From: Lingula anatina
Taxonomy: Eukaryota; Animalia; Brachiopoda
NCBI GenBank assembly: GCA_051362555.1
Contig: CM120649.1
Coordinates: forward strand, 1,736,001-1,800,000
DNA length: 64,000 nt
Reading direction: 5' to 3'
Each line of letters opens with the position of its first letter. The stretch's first letter is position 1. Shown here piece after piece: positions 51,775-64,000 of the stretch. The notes under the pieces were generated by a model, which did no database searches, had not been told where the DNA came from, and saw only the letters and a program-made list of their open reading frames with translations. Made by a program: the position numbers and the translations under genes.

Positions 51775-52150
51775 AGGTACATACGAACCGAGCATCGGTG
51801 GAGCCTGGATTCCCAGTAACACATGTAAACCACTTCTACTAGATTCTTATATGACTCAAATAAATTCGACATGCAAAGGGAAAAACTGAATAGATCACTC
51901 GATGAGCCATAAAAGACCTTTAGACTGCTCCTTTCTTTAAATTTATGGTTGTAAATTTAACCTACTTTCGTGACCTACGTTCCTGCCCCATTGACATACA
52001 GCTTAGAATCCCAGCAGAAAAATCCGTTCAAACATCATTTTCGGGTAAAATTATACAATGCCTTTTGGTAATTCTCTTAGTTATACTACTTGAAACTATA
52101 TGCTGGCATTTGGTTGGTTTCTATGACAAAAAATGACTTTGTATGCATCT
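51775..52150. mobile_element. Kolobok-like MITE, copy 2 (opposite orientation)
   Basis: TTAA|AGGTACATAC...GTATGCATCT|TTAA. Confidence 0.8.
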
Positions 52151-52811
52151 TTAATCTATGCATATTGTCACATTTTATCATTGCATCTATCCCATATATT
52201 AATAAGTGGTGCTTGTTATCATGACACTGCTATTGCTGATACATTAATAAGTAGTGCTCAGCATCATAATAAAACACGCTGAGGGAGGGGGGGTCACGGT
52301 GTAATTGGATGGTTAGTGACGTTACGATTCATTTTTATGAAGAAAGTGAAAAGTAAAAACGTATGATTATTATAATTATGCTGCACAGATGAATCGTCTA
52401 AAATAGCATTTCAAATGTTTAATGTTGAAATACTTTATGTATAAAATGATAAAACATGGCTTTACAAAATGTGAATTAGTGCATTTTTGTTTTTCGAGGA
52501 AATAATATTCCATATACAAAGTATTATACACATGGAATATCCAGCAAACAAAACACAATACAAGATTTCTTTACAAGATTTTGATTGGAGACACTGAACC
52601 ACTCGTTCTCACAAGCAACTGCTGCGGGAATGACTTATTATGGCCTTGAAACAAACGACCATGTTGCAATTTGTTGAGCCCTATTTAGTTTAAAGATGTT
52701 CATACATGTCTGATGGTGTTGGCATTTTAATACTTTTTTCTTCTGAACATCTTATTTTATTCCAGCATAGAAGTGCTATAAAAAGGGAATGTATCTAACA
52801 TCAACCAAACA

Positions 52812-55800
52812 ATGATGGGAGTGTTCTTCTGCCCGAGCCTTGTTTTGGCCTTGATGGCATGCGCCTTACTCAGTCAAACTCAGCTTAGCCAAACTAGAAC
52901 CTGTAAGTGAATATGGACACTATAATACCTTGTCTGCAATTATGTTATACATTGTCAATTTTCATCTCAGCATTTCAATGACAAAATCCGAAGGTCATTT
53001 TATGTCAGCTTACACTGTTTGTCCATGTTATTTCTGTCATTTTTTTCCTGGAGTTAAGTCCATAAAAGCTACGTGAATTAATAGACCTGAATTAATATAC
53101 CCGAGGGAGTTTTAGTACGACTGAGGGACCCATTGGATAACAGGCCCGTAGTTGGGAGGGGGTACGAACGCACTGTCCTTTCACTGTGTGATGTACACAT
53201 GCAGTGTGTTTCACTGAGGGCCCTGCTATGCGTTGTTATATATAATTCACTTTATCCAATAAAAATTGGGGCTAATATCACTGCTTTTGGCAAGATGTTT
53301 ATAACATTCTGTGGCCAAATTTAAATGTAGTTTTTATTGAGGCAAAGACTACGTAAGAAAATCGTTACTATTAATTATTATCTTTCAGTAGCACTTTAGC
53401 CAAGTATGGTGGTTGGAACTACCTATTTGTATACTCAAGTGTGGTAAACCTGTTTTTCCAATTTTTATTTAATAAAAAAAAATAATAATGGGCACAAAAA
53501 GGCATTGCGTACATAATCGAATACATCAACGGGGATTTTTTTTTTTTTTTTTTTAATTCTCTTTTATGGAATTTTTGAGTTCTGAATCATTCCATCTCCC
53601 TGCAGAAAATACAATCCAAGCTGCGACGTATGTGACCCTCGTAATGAACATTCACAATAAACAGCACCGTTATATGGCCAGGTCTTTTTCCTACTCCAAC
53701 CTCTATTTGCTGAATGCTATAAGCGAGGAGACAACACGTACATAGTTTAATTGTCTTTGGTATGAGCAGGCCAGGGGAATAAAACTCCATGCGTGGACGT
53801 TTTAAAATCATTTGGACATGGCGCACAAGGCGTGGCATTTTGAAAATAATAAGATATACATGGCAAATCAATTCAAATTGTTTGAATTTCAAAAGTTTCA
53901 ACTATATATTTATATGTAGAATGATAAAGCATGCCTAACATTTAAATTGCCTGGCAATATCTATCTTCAGACGGATGCGAGCCAAACAGTTGCTATAATG
54001 ATGGAGTTTGCTTAGAAAGTGTCGAGGATCCTTCTGGCTTTCAGTGCATTTGCCCTGGTGCCTTTTTTGGAAAAAGATGCGAATTGCGTAAGCAGTGTCC
54101 TCATAACAAATTTGTTCTTTGTGGATAACAGGAAATAGTTATACAACATGTAAGAAACATGTTAGAAAGCAAGATTAATATCGCAACAATTGATACCAGC
54201 AGATATGCTTCATTTTATGCAATTTATCCATTAGCAACGTGTCTTCCTCTATATGTAGGAGTTTTAATTAATTTATTTTTTTTCTGCAAAACGACCATTA
54301 TGTCATCATCGCTTGATGGCGCGGTATGGTCCCATGTATATTGACGACATCTAGTTTAAATGCTTTTATTATTAAATATAAGAAAAAAGGCTCAGCAGAA
54401 GTACGCAAAAATCTCAGAGTTCTGTACGAAATGAATTCCATAGATATCAGTTACCCTGTCTAAGTAACTGCTTAAATCATAAGAATTGAAATATCTCAAA
54501 TTAAAGAGCACGCGTAGCAGTTTATTACCCTTGCAATATTTCATTTCAGGCCCGTGCCGCCTTAATTACTGCTGGAATGGTGCAAAGTGTGCAGTTAATA
54601 CTACAAATTTGCTTTCGTGGTGCATTTGTCCGGAGGGGTATCACGGACAATTTTGCGATAAAGGTAGGCCGTACCCTTCTTATATTGCATTTAATGTGTA
54701 ATTTGTAGCAGCAAAAGAAAATACAAAGAGAATTAACCATCGCAAATATTGACACCAGAACATATGCAATAGTAACTTCTATATCCCGAGATCAAGTCAT
54801 ATGACACTAGATCTCTGTTTGTTGACTATAACACAACTAACATATTCAGGTGATTAGGTGGAATTTATAAAACACGCCCTATGGCTCTAGATTTCTGTTT
54901 ATTAATTATAATACAAGTAACTAATTCATGTGACTAGGTGAAAACACGTCCTATGGTAACACCCGTTAAGGCGGTTTTAAAAGGTCAAGTATTCTGTCAC
55001 GGGCGAGTGCCAGCTTATATCTTTTTATTTGTTGACAGCAACGTGTGGGGAAAACGCCCAGTGCGTTTACATACCGCTAAACAAGCCATTGCCAGAGAAC
55101 AATGACAGCTGCGATTCAGCATCTTACCAATATTGTGTTTGCGAAAAGGGTTACCTTGGGGACGGATTGAGATGCACCAGTAAGTTTTGTAGTTTATTGG
55201 ATTATTGAACAATTCCGAAATTTGAAATTTGACATGATGAAAGTACAGGAGTCCTTTCCACAGGCAGTTTTGGGGCTAAATTTTTAGACCCCAGAGTTTT
55301 AGCCGATTTTAAAATTTTAACTATATGTATGAAATGATTAAACATCTCTAACATTTAAATTGGCTTGCCATCTATTTTCAGACGAATGTGAGCCTGACAC
55401 TTGCCATAATGATGGGCTTTGCGCAGATCATATTGATGAATCGCCTGGCATTCACTGTATTTGCTTCTTAGACTTTTTCGGAGAGAGATGCGAATTGCGT
55501 AAGCAATGTCCTCGTGACACTTAATATCGACTTTTCTGGATAATATGAAATAGTTATGTATAGCACAAGCTCATAAAACGTTTACTATAGCAAGAACTGA
55601 TACCACCAGATATGCTTCATTTTATATAATTAATTCTATGGTGGTGTGTCTTCCTAAATATGTTAATTAAATGAGTTATTCATTTATTTAATTATTTATT
55701 TTATAGTTTTTTACTGTGAAATGAACAGTATTCCATTATCGCTTGATGGCGCGGGGTGGTCCAGTGTTAATTAATATAACACATTGTCAACATTCAGGGC

Positions 55801-58295
55801 CGTAGCCTGAGCAAAATGCCAGGGGGGGCAGTAAGCGGACACGAGGGGGCGAAGCTACCGAGGGGGGAGGGTGTGGTGTGTAAAATTCCAAATTCCAGGG
55901 GGGGCAGCTGCCCCCCCTGCCCCCCCGGAGGCTACGGCCCTGACATTTAGTTTAAGTGATTTTACATCTGAAGAGTAAGAAAAATGGCCTAGGAAAGTAC
56001 ACAAAAAGTGACAGGTGTACGCAATTAATTCCATTGATATTAGTTACCCTGCTTAAAGATGCATACAAAGTCAATTTTTTGTCACAAAAACCAACCAAAT
56101 GCCAGCATATAGTTTCAAGTAGTATAACTAAGAGAATTACCAAAAGGCATATTGCTTAATTTTACTCCAAAATGATGTTTGAACGGATTTTTCTGCTGGC
56201 ATTCTAAGCTGTATGTCAATGGGGCAGGAAAGGAGGTCAGGAAAGTAGGTTAAATTTACAACCATAAATTTAAAGAAAGGAGCAGTCTAAAGGTCTTTTA
56301 TGGCTGTTCGAGTGATCTATTCAGTTTATCCCTTAGCATGTCGAATTTATTTGAGTCATATAAGAATCTAGTAGAAGTGGTTTACATGTATTACTGGGAA
56401 TCCACGCTCCACCGATGCTCGGTTCGTATGCACCTTTAAGTAAATGCTTAAGTTATAAGAATTGAAATAACTTAACGGTGAGAGAGCATTTTATAATTCT
56501 TGCAGTGTCCTCATTTCAGGTCCGTGCCGCAATAATGGTTGCTTGAATGGTGGAACGTGTGGAGTTCATTCTATAACTTTGCGATCGTGGTGTATTTGTC
56601 CCGAGGGTTATTTCGGAACATTGTGTCAAAAAGGTAAGCCGTGCCTTTCTATTACTGCATACTTTGTGTATCTCAGTATTAACATATAGCAGCTGATAGA
56701 TCTAAGTTGTGAAGCATGCAGCAAAAGAAATTACAAAGCAAATTTAGCAGCGCAAAAATTGCTGCCAGAAAATATGTAGCAAGTACAGTAATAGTACCTT
56801 CTACAGACTGATATCAAGTCATATGGCTCTAGATCTCTCTTTAAAAACTATAAAACCATATTCAAATGATTTTGTTACGAAAACGTGTCCTATGGCTGTA
56901 GATCTCTGTTTATGATAATACAACTAACATATTCAGATGATTAGGTGGAACTTATGAAAACACGTCATAAAATAACGCCCATTAAGGTGATTTAAAATAT
57001 TCAGGTATTCAGTCGCGGGCGAGTGCCAACGTACGTTTTTTAAATTTTGTTTTCAGCACAATGTGGGGAAAACGCCCAATGCGCTGACACGCTGCGTAAT
57101 CGTACATTGCCCGAGAACAATGACAACTGCAATTCATTATATTACCAACATTGTATTTGCAACGAGGGTTACAGCGGGGATGGATTCAACTGCACCGGTA
57201 GGTCCTAGGTCGCATTCGGAACAGTGGACTAACTAGTTCTCGGGTCAAATATGGCTGACTCACTTGAATAATTCCCCCTAATCTATTCAGTGTCTTTATT
57301 GGATAAGACAGTCCTACCCCAAACTGTATTCAGAGTGAGGAAAAAACAGACATGGGCGAATTAAAGAGTTTAAGCAAGAAATAACGACACTCTAGCCACC
57401 TGTAATAATAATAATAATAATAATTTAAATTTGTGTTTATAAATTATATCTTAAGCAATTTGACGTCAGGCAATGTCTACAACAATGAAATCTAAGGAAC
57501 AATTTGAGTAAAAGGCTATTCATAGTACATTGAGACATTTACTATATATATATATATAGGCCTGTTTATACAGGTCTGTTCATATAGTTTTGCTATTCTG
57601 CGTTTTTATCAAAACTATTTTTATTAAAAATATATATATATTTTTAAATATCAACACTTAATAAATTTGCAAAAAAATGCTTATCAGCTTGGTAGCTGGA
57701 TCATAAATAAACATTATCAAACAAAAGCCGAGAAAAATGTCTTATCGTTAACTTACCGTTGTGGGACTATATGTGAGATGAACTGCCGTGACTGCAATTC
57801 TTTTTTACTTATTGAGACAGGTAGACATTATAAGACCAGGGTTAGTGAACACAGGAAACCAGTGAATGTATATAGACAAGACAAGCTCTGCCATTTCTAA
57901 GCATGTAATAGACAACGACCACAGTACTGACTGGAATTCAACCAAGATCCTTGAATCCGACTCGTCTGATATCCTACGTAAGATACAAGAGGCTATCAAC
58001 ATCAGCCGTCACCAGCCACCCGAGCATAGGGTCGGGGAGGTCGATGTACCTGACATTTATAAGAGGGTCTTGAGTATCAACATCTATGTACTCACGTCAG
58101 TCTGATGAAAGCCTACAGTGTACGTCTAGGTTGGCCTAAAGCTAACAGTGTAAACGTTTTTTCGGCTTTTGTTTGATAATTTTTTGACTGAATAAGTTTG
58201 TTTGTATATTACTGAATGTACAATGTGCTCTAATAAAAAACGGGATCAAGATGTCCATTAAATATATTTCTTTTCTTTCAGAATCGACAAAATAA
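52812..58295 (+). CDS. Secreted 6xEGF-like protein, copy D (282 aa); exons 52812-52902, 53971-54087, 54550-54663, 55039-55179, 55382-55498, 56520-56633, 57057-57197, 58282-58295
   Basis: Signal-peptide exon, then the 117/114/141-nt EGF exon triplet twice. All introns phase 1 and GT-AG, no stops. Terminal exon ESTK*. Confidence 0.87.
55795..55942. mobile_element. 148-bp MITE with CAG termini (hAT-like), 5-bp TSD
   Basis: CAGGGCCGTAGCC / GGCTACGGCCCTG TIRs with TSD ACATT. Absent from the paralogous intron at ~54345. Confidence 0.8.
56057..56435. mobile_element. Kolobok-like MITE, copy 3 (intron of copy D)
   Basis: TTAA|AGATGCATAC...GTATGCACCT|TTAA. Empty site in the paralogous intron at ~54455. 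Confidence 0.85.
57760..58145 (+). mobile_element. Penelope-like GIY-YIG endonuclease relic plus pLTR
   Basis: CRDCNS..IETGRHYKTRVSEHRK and SSAISKHVIDNDHSTDWNSTKILE...RKIQEAINI, frameshifted. CTGATGA at 58101. Confidence 0.8.
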
Positions 58296-58310
58296 CAACC
58301 GGGAAAATAA

Positions 58311-58349
<39 letters not shown>

Positions 58350-58599
58350 CAAGACAGGATACACAGTTCTTTGATTAATTTAAGAACCAAATTTATGATA
58401 GATATTCATTTGGACATTCATTGAAAATTATGTATGAATTATGTATAGCAATTAAAAATAAACTAATTTGGGCATTGCATTTGGTTCATTTTACTCCTCC
58501 GAAATTTGCTGCTCCACATTTGTTTTGATATGTATGATTCTAAACATTGATAATTCTTAACATAAAAGCCTTGACGTACGTAGGGGAAAGTACAAACAT

Positions 58600-61255
58600 G
58601 AATGGACATTGATGACTTATTTCCCTGTTTTTTAATATTTCAAAAACAAATACCACATTACCAAACTCACCCGTTAGCCACAGCAGACTCACAGCTGTAA
58701 TTATTGGTCTATTTTATGGGTATCAGAACATGTTTCGTCAAAAAGCGATTGCAGGGAGCTGTCTACTTTATTGTAGTTCTAGAGGTAGTTTATACATCTG
58801 CATGTTTGGATCAACTCTGACAACGACTGTCAAACAAACCAAACCATTTTGCCGAATTATTATTTCACAAAACTTTATAAATATATCACATTGGTAAAAT
58901 GCCCTTCAATATCGACACATGACTTTAAAAACTTTTAGATAAATATTTATTATATGTAAGGAGGAAGTTTTTTATGACTAATTTGCTTTTTTTTTTGCCA
59001 TTTACAACTGCACTACAAAAGTTAAACTAAAAATGATGTACTATTCCACTTACATATTTGTTTAACTGTTTTGGCATGATTTAAGATAATTACAATGTTA
59101 CTTAATAGGTTAAGATAGTGAGACACGTTACCAAATCAATTAACATAAAACCTACATGTTACGATCTCAATACAAGGCCAGTTGCAACGGGACAAAATCA
59201 TCTGGACAACAGCACATAAACCAAAAATCAGCAATTGCCACTCTGATGATTGTGTCTTTTGTTACTGCATCTGCCGATACTGTAATTTTGTCATTTTGAT
59301 TTGGTTCGTGGAACCATAGTAGCCAAACAGTATGGTACATCAGAGTTTGCAGACAAATGTAGTTTTTCTTTAGTCATATAGTGAAAGTACTGAAAGTACA
59401 CATTATCCAACGCGTCATGGGGTTTCCATTTTGTTTGACTATGACGTCCTATATTAAAGTGTCCTGAGTGTCAGAGTCACTGTGAATCGGACTTCAACAT
59501 TCAACTCTGAAGCAGTGTACGATTTTGTCAATCAAACAGAACTGCTCCGCAGTGAATCTGCAGTTGAATGTCATCAGACCAAAATGAAGCATAAAACACA
59601 TTTAATTCTTACTGTTTTTAAGATGTAAAGTGAACAATAAATAATGTTTCTAAAAGAAAAAGATATATCCAAAGTGTTTTGTATTTTTTTGCTTACCAAA
59701 AACAATTTGCTCCTGAAGATGATAAACGCAATGGGCTTATACGTACTTGCAGTGTGCCAAGTTTGACAGCTACACCATTGTATGTCAGATACCACTATAA
59801 GGGCTACGCAATGGCTAGACCATAATCAGATTTTAGAGAAGAATATTGCCTGTGTTGTGGTACTGACCTTCGACTGCAAAATATTCGTAGTTAAAAACGC
59901 CAAACTTCGTATCAGCCACTTTACTTCTTGCCTCGTCTGCACGAGATAACGTCAGCGCACGGCGGGAAAGCCAGCTCCAGGCGGCACAGAGCTGTGACGT
60001 ACAAAACTTGTGACTTCCAAATATGGATGCTCCAGGCGGATACAGATGTAACGTATGAGGCTTGTGACTTCCACATATGGGAGCGCCTCAGGCAGAATTT
60101 TGCCGACGAACGCCTCCAAGTTGACGGTATTCACTAGGGTCAGTTTTGCTGATTTGGGTTACATATGAAATCAAGATCGAGCTGGCAAAACTGAAATCTA
60201 GAACTTGGGATATATCAAAGTAGCACTTAAAAAAACTGGGTGATACAAATAAAATAGTTCACTGGTGTGAGAATTAAACTTAATTAAACTTGTGGCTATT
60301 ATTCCAATAATTTCTCGCCATCACCTAGCTGTTTAGAGATGCACAGCAAACACACACGAGCGAGAGAGAGAGGGAGAGAGAGACCAATGCCACGGATAGA
60401 AGGATTTGTTTATTTACTCGTTTGTATTATTTTTCATCCTTCTTGTACCCTTTGGGGTGTCGAGGGGAAAAAGAGTTAGATTTTTCTGTCTCTGGCAAGC
60501 TGCTTGGTTGAGTGGGATGTTGTTCAATTGCAAAATCTCACGTACTCCATCTACCCACTTCTTCCTCGGTCTTCCTCTTGCCTTGAAGCCGGAGTTTCTT
60601 TATGTACGCTTTGCTCCCCGGTAGATGTGGGGGCATTCGTGCCAGGCGACCGAACCATTTGATAGTCTGTTTTTGAATGATTTACTATTGTATTATTTAG
60701 CTTGTATTATTTACTCAGATTAAATCGGACCAAATTCGCATCCAGAATAAACAATGCGACCTAACAAGCATCGCTTTTCATATATTGATATGCTGGAGTA
60801 AATTCATATCATCCAAAGCGTCATACGGGTTTGCAATATTTTTATTTCGGACGGCCTGTATTAAAAAAAGCACTGAAATTAACTGGGTGACGCAAATAAA
60901 ATAAAATAGCTAACTGGTGTGAGATGCCTTCTTTAGTTTAATATTTTGATTATTTTGGCTGTTATTCCATCACTGTGTCACACACGCACACATACACACG
61001 CAAACGCACACACACACACACGCACACACACACACACACACGACAAAGAGAGTTGAGGGAACAAAGGGGGGGGGGGTAAAAAACTAAGCGATGGCTGCCA
61101 CGGAAAGAAAGATATCAAATATTTGATTTAACTGAGCAATACAAATATAATATTGCAATGCTGTTATAGACCTTAATGAACTCAGGTTGAATATGTTTGA
61201 CTATCTCTCACTATCTTGCCTCAGTAGTTTATGTGGCGCACAGACACAAACACGG

Positions 61256-61286
<31 letters not shown>

Positions 61287-64000
61287 AATTTCATCAGTAA
61301 TCTTTATCGTTAGAACTGGGTCAATTCGACGGGCAACATCATAATAAAATGAAGAAGAAATTGTTGGCTAGAGTTCCGCTTTACCTCAATATTAATATTT
61401 GCCAAGCCATACGGGAGTGTTAATGGAAGCCACGACCCGAATGGACTTTTTCCAGGTCAAATATAAAAATACATGTTTTATGCTGAACGAAAGAAGCTAA
61501 TGGCGTGTGATAATAAACTGGGCATCGATATTCAAAAAGGCACTGTCGTGATTGGATGGCTTCTCATGTGCTACGTTTTTCAAGAGATACACTGATATAC
61601 CGGTACTTGCAGTATATTATAACCAGTAGGTGGGGGGACGTTGCATTTCCTGACCTGGCACCAACGAGGAAAAACAAGGTAAGTTTTATGTTTTAACATA
61701 AAAAAACTTAAAAGTGTGAAGTGTTTTGATCAGTGCAATTCTGCAACTTGATGGTGGTCCCCTGCACACACAGATCGTTGCTTAAAATGATAATAACTCT
61801 TCGTTTCGAATGAATTTTCTTGGAGTGAACAACAATTTTTCCTTCCTTACCACTGGTTAATGAATCAATTTTTACATTCAACGTTATTCCCTGATTTTTT
61901 TTCTAAAAAAGTTTGATTTTTTGTTAAAATATCTTAAGAGTATAGCCATCAATGGGGGTCAACTGGATTAAAGACAAGGTCAGATATCAGAATTGTAGCT
62001 ATAACTGCCGTTTTTGTGGTTAAACAGAATATATTTTATTTCTGTGAGTTATTCACTAGTTTTTTTGTGAAATATAGATCTCATATGATAACAGTGATAT
62101 ATATCTCGGTGGTTCTGGTGGAGGGTACAGAGCTTCCTCTCAAATATTTGTTGTTCATGTTTGGCCAGGAATCCAATGGACGATTACCTTGGTTCAAACT
62201 TTGAACAACCGTCTTTGGAATTTTAAGAAAGGAATAATGTCATTTGTTGAAACTATTTCAATGAAATTAAGAGCAAATTTTATTTCAAGTGATTTCATCA
62301 TACATTTTTCGCTGCAGACTATAAGGCAAATTTATTTGAAATTTATTGACATTCTGCGGGTGTGCTAATGGACGCTTGTGGATCCTGCATGTATTTTCTC
62401 CGGCACAAATGGATTATATACGCATTTCTGCTACACAAAGAATCAGTGAGGATTTACAAAACCTGTGTCACGATTATCACAAAGCATACTGTGACACTGG
62501 CGATGCATTCTAATAGTTTTAAAAGGGCAGTTATCTGTATGAAACAAATGTATGTGTCTAAGGTTAACGAATAGATATTCATACTTTTTGCCCTGTAGTA
62601 GAGCTTGGTCCAATAGCACTAAAAACAGCTGTATCTACACCCAGCAATGTTTGTTCCTATGGTCAGAGACAAAGCCAGGTTTTTGTCCAATGCTTTTAAA
62701 ATCGGGAGACTTGAAAACCTAACGGTTGTTCGGTTTCGAAGCCTTATTAAAACGGGAATGAAGTAATTATTTTCTTTAAATGTAAAAAAGCCGATTCAGA
62801 TAAATGGTAGTTTTAACTTTCTGTGGTACTTTCAGCATGTATAATTAGATGTTCGGTGTCTCATTTGTCGCCTTTATGTGAAGTGTGGTTAGAATTAACA
62901 TTCTAACCAATTCTAAGAGTGTTTAGTACCAGAAGTGGTCCCCTTAGTTTCAGATTTCCTCATACGTGGGTCATAATAAATTTTGGTGAGTTATAGCAAG
63001 AAGAATAAACCATTTAATGCTTGGTGAACAATGTTTATTTATTCTTTTGAAAGGCCAGATGTAACTTTTCCACATTTCAAATCTTGGAATATATTTCATC
63101 GTGCGATAGAACAATCAAATTTACAAATTTAATATTTTATTTGTCGTGAAAGTAGTTTTGAAGAGAATCATGCTTTAAATTTGTATGAATGGCATGGAAT
63201 ATTGATATGTTTACACGTAGTTTGTATTTTCTCACCCCTAATATCTGTTAGATTTGGTCTCTGGAATACAAAGTACTGCTGAACTGTAATATAATCAGTT
63301 TTTATTATCATTATTATTATTATTATCATTATTATTATTACATTATTTTTGTGTATTTTACTGACACACACTTTACAAGTAGCAGTAACATAGCATTCTT
63401 TTTACTTCAACTCTTTCATTTATTTTGTTATGGGGGGGGGGGGGCAGCGTCATTTCGGTTTTTGTTGCGTCCTTTTGGTGATTATTTATTCATTTATTGA
63501 CTTGCATATTCATTGTTTGTTTGTTTCCTGCAAAATAGGCATTAATCGTTTTTGTGAGGTCGATGCTCTCCCTCCCCTCCGTTGATTCCTTTGCCATTAC
63601 AATGCAAAAGTTGCCTTGACGGAAGTACAATAAAACGTCGAACTCCACAAAAGTTGGGTTTTCCCATAAAGTGAAGAAGGCATTGCACAGTTACACATCA
63701 TATAATTATATTCATGTATAGCTATCCAGGGAATAATCTTTATTCCTGTAATATAAAAATAACAAATACTGACATTTTAGCGTTTAACACATATGAAAAA
63801 ATCAAAACAGTATACCCAAATGTTGTTACATATTTTACCATTGCAACCATCTCACCTATTTATAAGTGATGCTTGTTACCATGCGACTGATGTTATTACT
63901 GATACATTGGTGAGCTGTGCTCAGCACCAAAATAAAACACGCTGAGTGAGGTCGCGGTGTGACTGAATGTTCAGGGAGGTTAAGCTTTAATTTTGTATAG
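58600..64000 (+). repeat. Intergenic/upstream block of a further tandem unit (gene expected beyond 64000)
   Basis: From ~60215 onward it is colinear with ~27030-30280, the region upstream of copy C. The window ends several hundred nt before the expected ATG. Confidence 0.75.
60433..60690 (-). mobile_element. RTE-clade LINE 3' fragment
   Basis: Minus-strand IKWFGRLARMP...GFKARGRPRKKWVDGV matches the RTE C-terminal W.GH..RM...RGRP..W.D motif. Confidence 0.75.

Noticed and set aside
1-64000. tRNA or rRNA genes, prokaryotic operons
   Set aside because: None recognisable. Spliceosomal introns and animal transposons show the DNA is eukaryotic.

Overview
AT-rich eukaryotic DNA from an invertebrate animal (possibly a mollusc or other lophotrochozoan; the taxon cannot be fixed from sequence alone) with two systems. 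(1) 721-11475 is a very young, full-length Ty3/gypsy element with 521-bp LTRs (one mismatch by eye) and a TCTG target-site duplication. It has gag, an in-frame pol behind a UGA-CUA readthrough-type stop (PR, dUTPase-like segment, RT, RNase H, IN, chromodomain) and an F-type env with a 1-nt frameshift. It also carries two extra ORFs: a tandem SUMO-interacting-motif (SIM) ORF overlapping the gag leader and a BTB/POZ-like ORF between env and the 3' LTR. The SIM, env and BTB ORFs all begin at phase-1 splice acceptors that match phase-1 donors in the 5' leader, which suggests a 'complex retrovirus'-like layout with possible anti-silencing accessory proteins. (2) The rest is a tandem array of small secreted EGF-repeat genes: two intact 3-EGF genes, one intact 6-EGF gene, one pseudogene and the upstream region of a further unit. 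Their exons are much more diverged than their introns. Many DNA transposon, MITE and LINE/Penelope relics are interspersed. All domain calls were made by eye; no searches were run.
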